Assembly (NCBI GenBank): GCA_965644295.1
Contig: CBFFRP010000199.1
Span: 248,001 to 312,000 of the forward strand
Source of the DNA: Paraphysomonas bandaiensis
Lineage: Eukaryota > Protista > Chrysophyceae
DNA length: 64,000 bases
Direction of reading: 5' to 3'
Part shown: one piece after another, positions 1 to 14,500 of the stretch
Numbering within the stretch: position 1 is the first letter of the stretch
Layout of the letters: every line of letters begins with the position of its first letter
Notes under the pieces: model-generated
Database searches by the model: none
What the model saw: the letters and a program-made list of their open reading frames with translations, nothing else
Told to the model about the DNA's origin: nothing
Program-made: the position numbers and the translations under genes

Positions 1-389
1 CATCTCTCACCTCAGTCAACATAACTCTCTCCTCTAACCAATACGACAGGACTGGTATAGATTTCATTGTTACTATGAATATATCAAACAGTATAATCAT
101 AACGATATACTGTATATCGATAACGATATATATATAATGTATATATTTATATAGTTTCTAAAATACTGAAAAAAACACGTAACGTTTATTAATTAAAACA
201 TCTATTAGCATTCTCTTACACCATATTATATAACCTGCTGTATACTGACTCTAGACGCATTCTCCTTTAAACACTCAATACCTGGTTATATTACAGACCA
301 GCGGATTGTGACCAGAGTCATACAGAGTGCTACATTCCATTTCACCCTTGAGGGCCACAGGTATTCCACATCATCTTCTCATCCTATGC

Positions 390-485
390 ATTCACATAAA
401 AATTGTCAGATACCTTGACTATGTAAGCACCCGTCGAGGACATTTACTGCAGACTTTTCAACTGTATATGCAAGGGCTTAAGTGC
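390..485 (+). mobile_element. Possible very degenerate copia RNase H C-terminus
   Basis: LDYVST..(frameshift) TADF..KGL resembles L.YV.T..ADI.TK.L; shares tactgcaga(t/c)tttt with the copia remnant near 59463. Confidence 0.25.
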
Positions 486-2500
486 TGCGGCATGTCCTGG
501 ACAGCAAATTGTGCCCATTCACGCTAGGCCTGGTCTTCACCTGCACCCAGGGGTTCACGATGCTACACTTGGTTTCACTCACTATATGGTGGTCTGAGTC
601 CTGACTGTGGATGTAGGAAATCAATTGTTTAGGTCACCTTCAAGACAGCGTATCTGAAGTCTTTGGTGCACTGTTCTGCAGCCTAATGAAAGACCTCATA
701 TATATAACGTCTTATCATTAACAGAAAACATGAGCATTGAATTACAAAATTAAAGTAAATTATGAATATTGCTATATATTTCTACTACTTAACACTACGA
801 AAGGTGCAACCATTTCCACTGGTAAGGAGATTGGATTAATCGGGAGGGTGCCCCTTGTAGTAGGGATTTGAAGGTCTTGGCTGATGCTAAGGAGTAGGTA
901 ATTTAGGGATCCCGTACTCAGATGGCGACGTGGGGTAGAAATCGGGTTTTCACTTTGCCTTGCCTTTTGCGTAGTAGCTCCAAGATACACATGTCGAATT
1001 TTCGTCATTTGGGTATATCATATGATGAAGCAGTAGTTAGGGCATGAGGTGGTACGCTAGAAGTGCTCAGGGGATGCGATACGAAGGCTGCCAGACTTCT
1101 AGTTATGCCGAAGACGTATGATTGTTGATAGGTGTTTTGGGCGGGGGCGTTTTTGCCAATATTGATTTACCTTCAAGTTCATCAGAAAAGATTGTAGCCT
1201 AGTCATCAACAGCGCATTCTGGTTGAGTTAAAGGTTTCGGAGTATCAGTTTGAATATGAGTATCACCGGTATAGATTCGGCACATTTATTATAAACACCA
1301 GGCGTGAACCACGTTCAAAGTAATTAATACCAAGCTTGGATATAGCATAAAATTATCATTAAATTACTAGAAGGGACATGTCCAATCGTGATTGTGTGAT
1401 TGGTCTATGAAATTGAATATTACGTGTGTGCTTTTTCATTGGATTTTGGAACCCATTTGCTCGTATCTTGTCAATCATAAAGTACTTTCCTCGCAAAGTA
1501 TAAGCTTTAAAAGCAAATAAATACTGAAAAAGTAACACAATCACAAAAAGTCTGCTTGAACTCATCTCAATACATAGTGTTTTTTACAGTTTTGTTTTCC
1601 TAAACACTAATTACCATTACTCGTTAGTAGGCACACCTCATGTCGTTCATGGGCATGATATACTGCTGTACGATAGAGATTGTGGACGTAAAAAGCATCC
1701 TGTAGTCTTATACCTTGACTTGCAATATAGTACTCGTACAGACCGTGTACTGTATATATAGCACTGATGTGTTAAATGAAATTGTAAGGATGCTATCATA
1801 CATGTTCCTGGCTTGTTCTACACTTTGATACACTTCTGACAAAGATACTACTTGCTGTGCTATTAGTGTGTATTATCACAAAGCCTCTTCAGCATGTATA
1901 TATATATAAACTTTCATACATGTTATATAAACTTTACCTATCTTACGTCTTCTATTACACAGACATATAACAACAGTTGACAATCAGAGTAGACATCTGA
2001 ATTAGAATTAAATAGAAAATCACACGATTTGATTTCTCATACCATGACATTCTGATAAAATTTATTCGTAAGTGATTAAGTCGCCATATTGCACAATCCA
2101 TCAGCAACATTGTGTCGGCATTGATATTATCAACAACTTGCATTGGTGTTTAATGTGATATATATGTTTGTATGTTTGAGCATACAGCATACAACATGGT
2201 TACGTAGGTAAATGTCTGATTACAACTCCTAGAACCGGTGTAAGTGAACTGTCGTGATCAGCTCTTGTCAACGGAATTATAGAAATTCACTAAACTATTA
2301 AGAATATATAATTAAATCCAGTGCACAAATGTTCTCTACTTCTTATTAAGACACAAAGCGGCAGCCCTTAATACTCGGTGCTGAGGCAAGACATCAATTT
2401 GTACAGAAAAGACTGCCTTGCCATACTTCCGTATGGACCCGACAATGTAAGAGGTCAAAGGGCATCAATATTCAACATGATCCAAGCTCAGAAATAATAA

Positions 2501-5500
2501 TCAATAATCGTCGCAATTAATACTACTACTACTAATTATTTCATACTTCTCGCGGACAAACCTTACGGAAATTCCCTCTAGCATTAGTGATTTGCGGGTG
2601 CGGTGCCCTCTGAATGCAGCTTGTATAACAACAGCTCGACCCCCTATCCCTGGGTTTCCATTCGCAAGATTAATGTACACTGCCTCGACACTGGCTGTGC
2701 TCAAATGCGCAGCATGAATGACAACTCGGCGTATATCTCCACCACGAGTATGTGCCTGCCGACCACCTCCAAGTACAACAACTTTATGTTGAAGTCTCAA
2801 ATCATATGGATCAAGCCCAGATGCAGTGTGACACAAAGCACCATTTACATAGGTATTCATTAGCCCCTCTTCTGGCTGTACTGAGATAGAAACAACGTGC
2901 CACAAACCGGGACGTACACGACGAGAGGACTCTGGATCGGCCATCCCACCTCTGGAAATTGCTCTGCTCACCACCACACCATCCCCATTCAAGTACACGC
3001 TAGTGCGGTGCATTCTTCTTGCTTGAGCAATATCAGGCAGAGAAAACCGGAGTAGGCTCTGCAGATGACCTTGAGGTGGAAGTTTTTCAAACCGTAGCTC
3101 TAATGATATTACGAAGCTTCCTCTTTCGCCTCTTGCAAGGCCCCCTGCAGCCGGAATTTGAAGTGTGAAGCTGCAGCCATTAGAACACCGCAGGAAGGTT
3201 GGATTCTTGGAAGGATCACAACGGTCTAATTCCTGCACTTTGATGTCACTATCATAACATGACGCACAAACATAGTACCCACAGTACTGAGTACAGTAAT
3301 AATGAGTTCTACGCTTGTGACATATTGCGCAGTTCATCCAACGGTAATAACAACTCCCTAGCTTGTGATTCTTCGGACATGTCATAGGCTTCAACGGAGG
3401 ATACGCAGCAGTCCCAAGAAATATAGGAATAAAACTACACTTCCCAGTTGAGGCGAGTCGTAACGGAAATTCATTGGAGGAGAACTTGTAGTCAATAACA
3501 GTCACATCGAAGTCACACCCCGGAACTCTTTCCTGTGAAACAACAGGGTTTGCTCCGCCTTTCCGCCTCTTGCTCGTCTCAAGTTCTTCCTCGAATACTT
3601 TAACATCCAAGGCATCCTTGTATGCTTGACGCCGAAGGCGCTCCTCCTTCTGATGTGCAATTTCCGCTTGCTTGCGACGCACCATCACTTCACGAATCTC
3701 TTCGGCTCCATAGGGCTCAACCTTCGACATATGCTCCTTGCCACTTTCAGGCTCCAATTCCTCCTCGGCGTTCTCAGCACTCATTCGATTCGAAGCATCC
3801 GTCAGCATGTCTATATACTCTTTATAATCCACAACTCCGTCACGATTGGAGTCAGCTGCTTCAAAAAAATCTGCAACATCATCTGAAGTCATGTCGGGAA
3901 CTCCAAGCCAGACCAAGGCACCATAAAACTCAGACGGGCTAAGAAAACCAGTATTATCGTAATCAAAGGCAGTGAAGGCTTCCCACAAAGTGAGTTTTTT
4001 CGCTCTCAGTGCTTCTCGAAAAAATATCGCTTGTGCCGCCTGCTTAAGTGCAAGCCATTGATGGGGGACAGTAAATACTTTAGCTACAGGGGTTTCTCGC
4101 CACTGCGTACAACCATAATTAGCATGCAACTAAACATAGTATGACTTACTTTTCTTTCCATTCTTCGCTTACATCCTACAGTAGCAAGAAAAAATCTTTC
4201 ACGATCATATATACTGAGGCATAATCAGTTGCCATATAGATAACTAATTACAATAACTGTACCTTCCGTGTATAACTTTAAGAAGAATATTGAGTGCGGA
4301 AGGTGCGTAATGCATGTCACAGTCAAAAAACCGAAATGAGTTGTGAGCTTTTGCTGCTTCAAATGATGTGGCCTTGGAACCACTATCTAGCCAATTGCGA
4401 GACGCATCTAACACTACACCACCATCACCAGATGGCGACGCACCAGGACCACTCATCAAGGAGTACCGCAATGTAACCTCCGTGGAAGCATTGTTGATCA
4501 AGGGTTGAGGTTGTCCCCCTTTTATTCTCTGTCGAATATGAATAATACGACGGATAGTTTCAGCCTCAGCAAGAGATAGAGCCACCCAATGGCGCCCCGT
4601 ATGCTCAGGCTGAAGCAAACCAGATATCATCAGGTCACGAAATTCTTCGAGAGTCATGTACTCTTTGTCTTTACAGAATCTACTCAGGATTTGATCCAAC
4701 AATAATTCAGTTGGGACTTCATCTGTGGCAGCAATAATTGCATTGTATACATCTTTCCTGGATAGGTGATGTGGGTTCCCAGCTACTGCGGCGTGAAATC
4801 CCAACAACGAATGGGCTTTTGAAAGCGCCTTTTCTTCACTGTCTGAAAGTGTAACTTTCAATTCATCTGCAGTTTTCAGGCGCAATTTATTATTTCCAGT
4901 ATCTGGGGCATACTCCATGACCTAAATACACATTTATCTAAAAATGAGTAGAATATATACCATACCATGACTACATTTTTTACTCTACGTAGCCCTGTCC
5001 ACTTTGGATTGAAGAAATTCGTCGATACATACAGTCCATCAGAAAATTCTAATGGCTCTTGATGTCGTAGCCTAAATTCTTTGAGAGGATAAAAAGGATG
5101 ATCATCCGTTGAGGATATAGGCATGGCCAACATATGAAAAGGCCACGGGCGCTGAACCTCCTCTTGTCGAGAATACTCTCGGTCGACAAACTTTTCAACT
5201 TCGATTTGCTTGTCCTTCTTGGCTTCAACTTCTTTTTCTTGCTCTTGTTCCTGTTCTCGCTCCTGCTCTGTGTCAAGTCGATTTGCTGAGCCTTCCAGCA
5301 TTGCAAACTGACCCACAACTACCAGTATCCTAAAAACAAATTAAAACCATTATGTAGAATCGTACACATACTTATGGCCAATAGCGTGTTGTCCTGGCTG
5401 AAGAAACTGCTCGTGCTGGTCCAGCATAGACCGCAACTTTTCTTCAAACGGCACAGGATCAGGAACACCCGCCTCAAGTGAAAAATCAATCGACTCATCG

Positions 5501-8500
5501 AACACTTTCAGTGACTCATCGACGTTAAGGTTTTCGACAAATGACATGCTCTTGGTGTGATTGGTACCATTTGTTTCACAATGCACAATCCCGTTATTAT
5601 CAGACGTCACATTGCCTGCCATAAAATATTTCGCGTTTTGATGCAAACAGCGGAACGCGTTCTTGCGGTAGAGATTTCCAATATTCTGCAAACATAGCAT
5701 AGTCCATTGAACTTGCTCTGATCTCAGTGAGTTAATGATCAACCACGCCACGATATCCTCCAAAACGTGTTCTTTTGTCGTCTCATTCTGCTGAATAACT
5801 GCATCGCGCAACTCACGCTTCATTAGCTCCGCAACTTCAGGAATAATAAAAACATGAATTTTCTGACCAGATCCAATCCCACGCATTCTATATGCTCCCT
5901 ATGCATTGAAATGTTGCTGAGCACAAGACATATGTATGTCATATCGCACCTGAACATAGTCTCTAAATACCATATCTTTTCCTAGAGTTATCACCGCCGT
6001 GGCGTTAACCACATGTTTGATATCCATACCAGTCGTATGAATCTAAATAGAAGTTACAGGTACAAAGCAATCATTGACGCAGCCTACCTGATCATAGAAA
6101 GCGAATCGCTTCTCTAAAGGAACACCACATTGATCAGCACTTACAACTCTACCCGTAGCTCGAACAAGAACTTGCTGTTTGTCATCGTCATCCAAGTATA
6201 CAACGCCGTCACACCAAACAAGGCCTCGATCGAGTAACTGTTGAGCAACCTCGAGATTAGAGTAGCCAGTGATGAGAGCGCCAGTATCTATCAGAGCGTT
6301 AAAGTGAGGATTCGACGATACCGCAATGCGCTCCAATAATATATCCACTGTCCATTCGTCCTAAGCATGAATATTTTTTACTTCTAATTAAATAACAGTA
6401 TATTGAAGCTACCTCCAGGTGCTCAAAAGAAGTCACAGATCTGTCCAGAACGGTGGTAAGCATCATTCCGTCGTCTCCAGTTTCGTAGTCGCAACGCCCC
6501 AACTCTTCAGGCAGTAGATCACTTGGCGTGCCAGAAAATCCAACACGTTTTCCAACAAGCATATCTCCACCAACAGATTGACCCGATGCTGAAATCTTTA
6601 GGCGTTGCGACCGCATATGCAATGGAAATATGTTTTTTTGTAAATAATGATGAATAACCAGCGGTTCTTGGAAAAGTAAACTATAAAGTTTTTCCATTTG
6701 CTCTTCATTACTCTTCTGTAAAAATTTTAACTGAACCACTTCTTTATCACTGTCTCCTTCAATCGCAGTCTAAAAAACACTTTATTCTCGAAATCAATTT
6801 ATGATAGAATCATACCCATGGCCTTCCGTCTTTCGTGCATTTAAGACCTCTAATTGCTCCTCCAGCAGAATACACCCACCTTTCATGTCGCTGACTGGAG
6901 TCCCTGTCTCGAGCTGGACCTATTTCATGACTAAACTGAGATGTCAAATCATCAATAATGTCAGCGTAATCATCCTTCCTCAAACCAGAGTATCTAATAC
7001 ATGAAAAAATCACAGAAATTAAACAAATAACACTCCTAAACCTGTATGCTAGAATTGTAAGTCCAATTATGACGTCAGGGTGAGCAAACTCTGACGAACG
7101 ACTGGGTACATCTTTTCCGACAAATGGCACTGCTAGCTTCAAGCGCGACCTTGGGACATGTGGATCAGCTTTCAAGGCAGCATCACAATCTTCAGCACTT
7201 AAAAGTCCAAACGAAACACGATTGACTTTAGCCAAGCAATGTGGAAGGAAAGTACTGAGCCAGTTATGACACAAATTCAATAGTTTTTTATGAGTAGATG
7301 ATGTAACATGAGCGATGACTTTTGCCGCAAGAGCCATGCGACGTAGAAAACATAATTCATTTATAATACTCGTATAATGCCGCTGAAGTACCTCTCGAAC
7401 ACTATGATCAATACTTTCGCCCACATTGGTCAGTTTGGGTACATTTATCTCAAGCCATGCAAGAGCAAACGCGCTATCCCGCCCGCAGTGCGGTCCAACA
7501 TACATTCTTTTCAGTCCAGCATCATCATACGGATCACCAGCCAAATCAATCAGATGACGTAATTGGCACGACGCAACAGAAAGCTCTTCAACACGCTTTT
7601 CAATTGCGTCTTCAAGTGCCCTATTCTTCTCAGCTACCTTGAGAAACATGCCTTTCCTGCTAGATTCATCGTCTTCTGTCAGTGATAATTTTTTCATTTC
7701 CAATTCTTCCAACTGGTTGCGATATTTTTGCAGTTGAATTTTGTCATTCATGGAGCTGCTCTGTCTAGTTAGATCTAGCTCAGGAGGCATAATATCTGTT
7801 TCATTCTCATCCAAATCGTCTACTTGGTCCCATGATGGGAGCCCGGTCACCCAAGATACAATATGCTTTGCGTCATCGGTAACAGTTGTTCCTAATTTCC
7901 AGAAATTCATTCTCTCGTCTTCTTTAACTGTGGTATGAGCACAGTAAACTGCTGTTCGTGATGGGGGTAGTGCACCATGAAGACGTGAATGGGGGGACTC
8001 CAAGTCTGTTAGAGTCTGCATCAATTTAAGGTAATTGAGGCTATCGGCACTGTGGTCTGTACTTTCTACAGGAAAAGACCCCCTACCACCAGTACTGCAA
8101 TTATGGCCGCTGTGTGATCCCCACGACATACCGCACCTCATACACGTAGTAGTATGGCTTTTGACACACGATGAACTACACCCAAGTGTATTTTCATCCC
8201 CTCCAACAATCACACATCGCAACTGTTGCTCCAACTGCAGAGTTCTAGACCGTGCTATAGCTTCATCCACATCACTACAACGCTTAACTGTGAAGCCGCT
8301 GTCCTCAAGAATATTACAGATACTCGGAACAGATCTATCACCCGGAGTTATCGTTCCAGCTCCAGTACCCAAGCTCTCAAAAGCCTGGGAAAGCCACACA
8401 ATAACAGAATTATCCATTGAATTGTCTCTAGGACACTCCAATTCTGCAATTTTTTTGTGGAGTGCGAATATTTCACTTTGCAATTCTGCTAATCGTTTTC

Positions 8501-11500
8501 CACAATCTGAAATATGTGCCTCTATCTGCTCGTCAACAGCATACACTTCATTCACCTATTTGGTACGGATAAGTTAATGAAATAACACACAATTTAATAA
8601 TACCAATCTGGCGTGATCTTCTGCAATTGCTTTCGCAGTCTGCAAATGGCGTATTTGTGCACAAAGCAAGTGTTCGTGTTCAGTGTCAGCATGCAATGCT
8701 TCCACGGCATCTTCTTGTAGTTTTCGTAGTGTGGCGTTCGATTGTTCTCTCTCTTCATCTGTCATTGATTTCTGATATCCCAGTGTAGGAACTGGAACAG
8801 GAGGAATTTCGCCAGTGTCTACCATTGCCCTACTGAGCGCTATATCGATGAGGCTTATTTTACTTGTGTTGTCGCTTCGAGCGGCAGCACCTTCAAGAAT
8901 ATACCGAACAGCTTCATCTCTGTCAATACCATGAAGGTGCTGCTTCTGCAACCACATATATGCCCACTCAGCCATTATTGGCTTCATGGTTTCGTGATAG
9001 AAATCAACGTTTAAAAGAGTAACTGCACAAACATATAAAATAGGTCGCTATATATCTAACACCATACCATGAGGAAGACGCTGCAGATGACGGGCCGCCA
9101 CACCCTCATGCACTGCAGCGGCAAATCGTTTGAGAATATCTTGTGCAACTCCTCGCTGTTCAAAAACAGAGACTTTTCCAGTGTGGGTGTAAAAAATGGC
9201 ATCCAATAAATGAATTGGAAGATTCCATCTCTCGCCTTCATCTGAGCCATCAAGATCAAATTTGTCTCCAATAGGAAAATTAAGTTCGCTCTTTAATGGA
9301 TGCAATATGAGATCCACTTCATCCAAAAGCATCGTTCCGCCCTTAAAGAGATTCAATATTCTCGACAGTTCTTCGGCCTGAATTTTCAGTTCGCCTTGCT
9401 TTGATGTAACCCCAACAGCGTGCGCTTCCTTTAGCTGCTGCAAGACTTCGATGTACGAAAGCATAATACTCTTTATCGTTGTTGGAGTAGCCACCACAAC
9501 ACCACGGTTTCGAGCAGCATTCTCCAAACTCCGTCTCATTGCCGGTTGAACTGTGGTAGACCGATCAAAGTCTAAAGTATAAATTCGCTTCACCATAATA
9601 GTAGCAAATGTCTCCCTCATTCGTGTTCGGCTCATTTCTACAAGTGCCTTCGGGACAACAGAGAGAACGAGGCTTTTTCCATCAGCAAGTATCAACGCCA
9701 ATAAAGGGGCGACCACACTGGTTTTTCCTATTGATATACATGTAATTGAACAAAATTTAGACATTTGATAAAATTACCAGCTCCCATAATCATTTGCTTC
9801 ACCTTTGAAACTCCATTCTTTAAATTATTTCTGAAGTTATCGACAATTTCTACTTGTTTTTGTCGAAGTTGAATATTCCACACAAATTCAAAGACAAGAT
9901 AACGGGGATCAAAGTTCAATTCACGAGTTGGCGATATGTTGACGTAATGTCTTGCCATTTTAAGGGCTTTTGACAGCTCCTCACCCATCTGAACTAGTTT
10001 TGGTATCAGGGTGGCTGAGTGCATACTTCTATTATCTTTCGGTATACTCAGGACCTGTTATATTCACAAATTAAAGTGGATAACAATCTCTTTAACTAAC
10101 CTTGTGTAAAAGATTCTCCAAGCCAATAGCCATTCCAAGGCAGCGATTTGTATGACCCAATCTATTCGATCGTAGCATACACAGAATTACCAGATTAAAC
10201 ATAACCGAAATCGTATCCGCAGATAAGTAGGGATTCAAGCCGAGTAAATCCCTTTCACCTTCACTGGATATGAGCACACCAAACAAAAATTCTATCCAGA
10301 CCGCAGAATTCTGTCCAGCCAATCGGCACAGAAGAAAGCGTGTTTTCGACACTCGTAACCGGTCATCCAGCTCCTGGTCTATATCTACCCAATTAGCCGC
10401 TTTTTCCAGGAGTGGCACAGTGTCCTCTACCATTTCCGCATCTGAGTCTCTGAGTCTGTATAGTTCTGATATCAGTTTCTGTATGCCGATATATGCTTGC
10501 GATATGACATCTTCAGCACCTTCGACACCGTTAAAATAGTTGACAATGTTGACATTAGATAAGTTCTTAAGCTTTGGGATCGACATTGTATTTGCACCAT
10601 TCGCAAATGCTGCAACATCATCTTTAATACGAGATAAGATGGAACTAGCAACAGCCGTTTTAGACGCTTCATGTTTGCTGACATCAAACGCTAGCTCTGG
10701 ATTTACGAATTCCATTCCTAGTTCTTCACGTCGACAGCTTGTTACTACCCCGGCAACATCCCTCAACGGCTGAGTCGCCAGTGCATCCAGTAGCTCATCA
10801 GACGCTGCCATATTCTTGAGTACAGAATCAATATTCTCACCCGGACTGTTCATTAGAAACTTGCGAAGGAGAACCATTTCAGCTGGAGTAGCATGAAGAT
10901 TTAAGACGCGAGCAAATTCATGAACAAATTGCGGTCCTCCACCCTTAATATCTGCAACTACATGATTCGGTAAGCTCCCACCACGTATAAATTTTACTGT
11001 CGGTAATGATTCAACTCCAAATAGTCCTGTCAGTTTATCGCACTCGTCAACATCAACCTGTTGTCAAAGGTTAACAGGGGAGCAAAAATAAAAACTATAC
11101 CTTCAAAAATATGGCTGTGGGTGTACGCATTGATAACGAACGGAAAACAGGAGCGAGCGCTTTGCAAGGACCACACCACGTAGCAAAGAAATCGACAATA
11201 AATAGTCTATTTGGGTTGTGATTGATAATTTCGATAAAATGGTCCATACTACTGACAGGAATTGGCGGTGATGGACACAAAGAGTCCTTTCCTAATCTGT
11301 AGTAAACAGATGCCGCAAGATTGGCAATCGATGACTCTGAAATCGCTTGAATACTACGCCGTTCGCAACCATAGTCGCTCAATTGGGGTCTGTCCCAAGT
11401 TGAGGACAATGGCATAACATACGACGTTGCTGGAGGAGGTAGCTCAACATACGGTGGTAACGGTGGAAAGCGAAATGAATTTTTGCGTTTCATTTGCTTC

Positions 11501-14500
11501 ATCAACGGGACAATTTTTGCAAACAGATCGGCTAGCGGGGAACGAGGTTCCGTTTCATCTACCCAGCCATTGAAGTACGGTACATTCGATACTTTGCGGT
11601 TGTCTTTAAACCTAGGCATGCGGAGTGATACTTGACGGTTACGACCTAAAACATTTATAACAGATGCGGGAAGTGACTTCGAATGTCGGTCCACAAACAG
11701 TTGGGAAAGCAACAAAGCAAACCTATGAGAATCATTCGTACTTGAACCCTTTTTGACGTAAGCGCTGTAACCCCCCTTTCCACCATACATCATATATCCA
11801 CCCATCATTCCGCCTCCAAGCATTCCTCCTCCATACCCTCCACCAATGACTTTACATCTACTCTCACCAGATAAAAGAGAGTAAAGAAATAAGAATCCTA
11901 GACCGGCTTGTTTCCCATTCATAGACTCAGAACCACTCCACACCTTCTCTAAGATCTTCAGAAAACCCTGTCCTGTTAAGCCCATCGGCTTTTCGTATTT
12001 CATAGTCAGAATTTCCCACAAAGCTTCCATCCCTTCACCAAGTACATGACGACGTAAACGGTTTGCGTTCCCACTATTTTCTGTGGTATATAATTTCGTT
12101 TGCAGATTGCATTCATGTATATTACTCTCGACAGATACAGAATGATGCGATTTTCCATCCCTCATTGCATCCTCTAACTCACGGGATAATTCGGTAGAAT
12201 AAACTTGCCACCCTGCGTCACTTTCCCACATCCATCGAATTCTCGATATTGGAACTTCAACTTCCTTTGTTACAGTATCATCGGGCAACCCTTCATCAGG
12301 AGAGTCTAAAATTACATTCTGCTCCGCTGGAGTAATATTTTCAGCATTCACAGCTGATGGAGACGTTAAAATATCCGTTTGCTTGTTACCTCCCATTGTG
12401 TCTTGCTCGATAGCCACATCTACGACAGCGGCACTTTCTACACCTTTACAGTTTATCTGTTCCCTTTCTTCCCATCCGGGTAGAAGTAGAGTAACCGACG
12501 GCTCAGTGCCTAACATACTCTCGTCGGCATTATCAGGATGAGAGTTTTCATTATCCTCATTACTCCTAGAATGGGAAGAACTGGTGTCATCATCACTTGG
12601 ATTATCGCAATTAGCCTGCTTAGACTCGCATTCATCACTGGGAAGAAGTGATGACTTTTCTTCTTCCACGTAATCAAATGGACACAAACAAACACAGGGG
12701 AAAATTTCAGTTGCACCAAGAAGACTATATATTCCTGTGATGGGTTCACATACGGGGTTAGAATCAACAAAAAACTTCAATATTCCGCCTGACCCTGTGT
12801 CTAATTCGCATGTAACGAGGCAATCTTTACCATATAATGGGGCCAGATCTTCAAAATCTATTCTAGATTTCTTGTTTTTTCCATCACCATCATTTTTCTC
12901 ATCCTCGAAAAATTCTGTTGATACATTACGAGTTCCTGTGATTCTCTGTTGTATTACTCCTTTGTGATAGAGCAAGCCATTGGCGTACAGAGCTAATGAT
13001 GAACCCGCGTCCTCCTTTCCTCCCAAACATGGGACTGCAGCAGGTCCAAACTCTTCACATCCGTCCCCACAAATACCAAACCCGTCTCCTACACCTCTTC
13101 TGGCCGGTTCGTGATTCCATCTCATGGTCCATGTATGTACCCCCGTATTCGGAAGCATACCTATTGTACCTTTGATGGCCTCAATATCATTTCCGTACTT
13201 CTCTTCCCTTAATTTTTTCTTGTATGCAGCCATTTTCTCTCTCCACTGTGCCGACCTCTCATCCCGCTCCTTCTGCTCTTTTGATAGATATTCTTCCTCG
13301 TTAGGTACCGGACAGCGATCGCCTCTTCGACGTACATGCGTAACCCTTCCAGACACATTCCAGCTACAGTAGAATCCAGTAATCTCATAGGACGAGATCT
13401 GAACATCACTTGGCCAAATACCTACTTCTGAGGTGTCTGCATGTCCTTCATATATTATTCCCTTTTTATAAGCTTTCTCTAGCTCTGCTGATGTCGAGGA
13501 GGAAAATTCTTTCCATTCACCGCGATTATTTAATGCCCATTCCCACTGCACTTGATCCTCATCCTCAAAGTCACGCATCACGACAAGCATCCCTTCCTTC
13601 TCTATGCGTAGCGACTCTCCGCACTGTTCTGGGTCCCACGTCCACTCTAGACCCCCAGATTCCTCGATTTCATCTTCCAATGAAGCTTCAAGACCCATTT
13701 CGACAGCTTTCTCCAGACGAAACCTGTGACGGCGCCGTGCATGGGCAACTTTATCCGCTTCGTTGAGATGAACCCCCATGGCTCGAATTATCTTTTCAAT
13801 TACTCTTTCGGCCCCCACAACTCGATCTATTTCAATCCCATTGCGAAAGAAAATGAAGGTAGGAAAAGTAGTGATATTGAACGATTTAGAAATGGCTGCT
13901 ATTCCATGACAATCTGCACGGACAGAGAGAAAAGTGGCCATGTCCTGATACAACGGGACTAGTTCTGTAACTGCAGGCATAACTTTAATACAAGCAGAGC
14001 TCCAAAGTGTATGAAAACATGCGACGACAAGCCACCCTTCAGGAGGAGCGTCAGTGGTGTCTCCACCACACACCTAGTACACTAATCACTTGTATAACTC
14101 TCGTATTTTCTTATGCTTACCTGAATAGCCCAAGAGCTATCACCATCCTCTGCAGTTGTAATATCCACCATCTGTGCATAGTTTTCTCCAAAAACAGTGT
14201 TGTCTTGGTAGTAAGGCCAGTTCGATAAGAGTGTTCTAGGTGGTGCTCTGCACAGTACTTCGGCGTCACGGTTTTCTAACTGTGCGCGCAACTGATGTAT
14301 GCGATTATAGCACAACGCCATACTATAATCATCATGAATTTTTTTGTTGTAACATGGACAATCTGAAGAAGTCACCACAATGTCTGACTCAAGCAACTGT
14401 AATTCTTCTTCTGGTGCCAATCTGCATGAGCTCGATACACTGTCAAGCTTGGCAATATGACGAGCGCATTCAATAGTAAGATCCCAAGGAGATTCGGTTC

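Noticed and set aside
772-1565. Minus-strand short ORFs and a Pro/Thr-rich frame broken by stops
   Set aside because: No recognisable motifs and no consistent splice model; possibly decayed sequence but unassignable.
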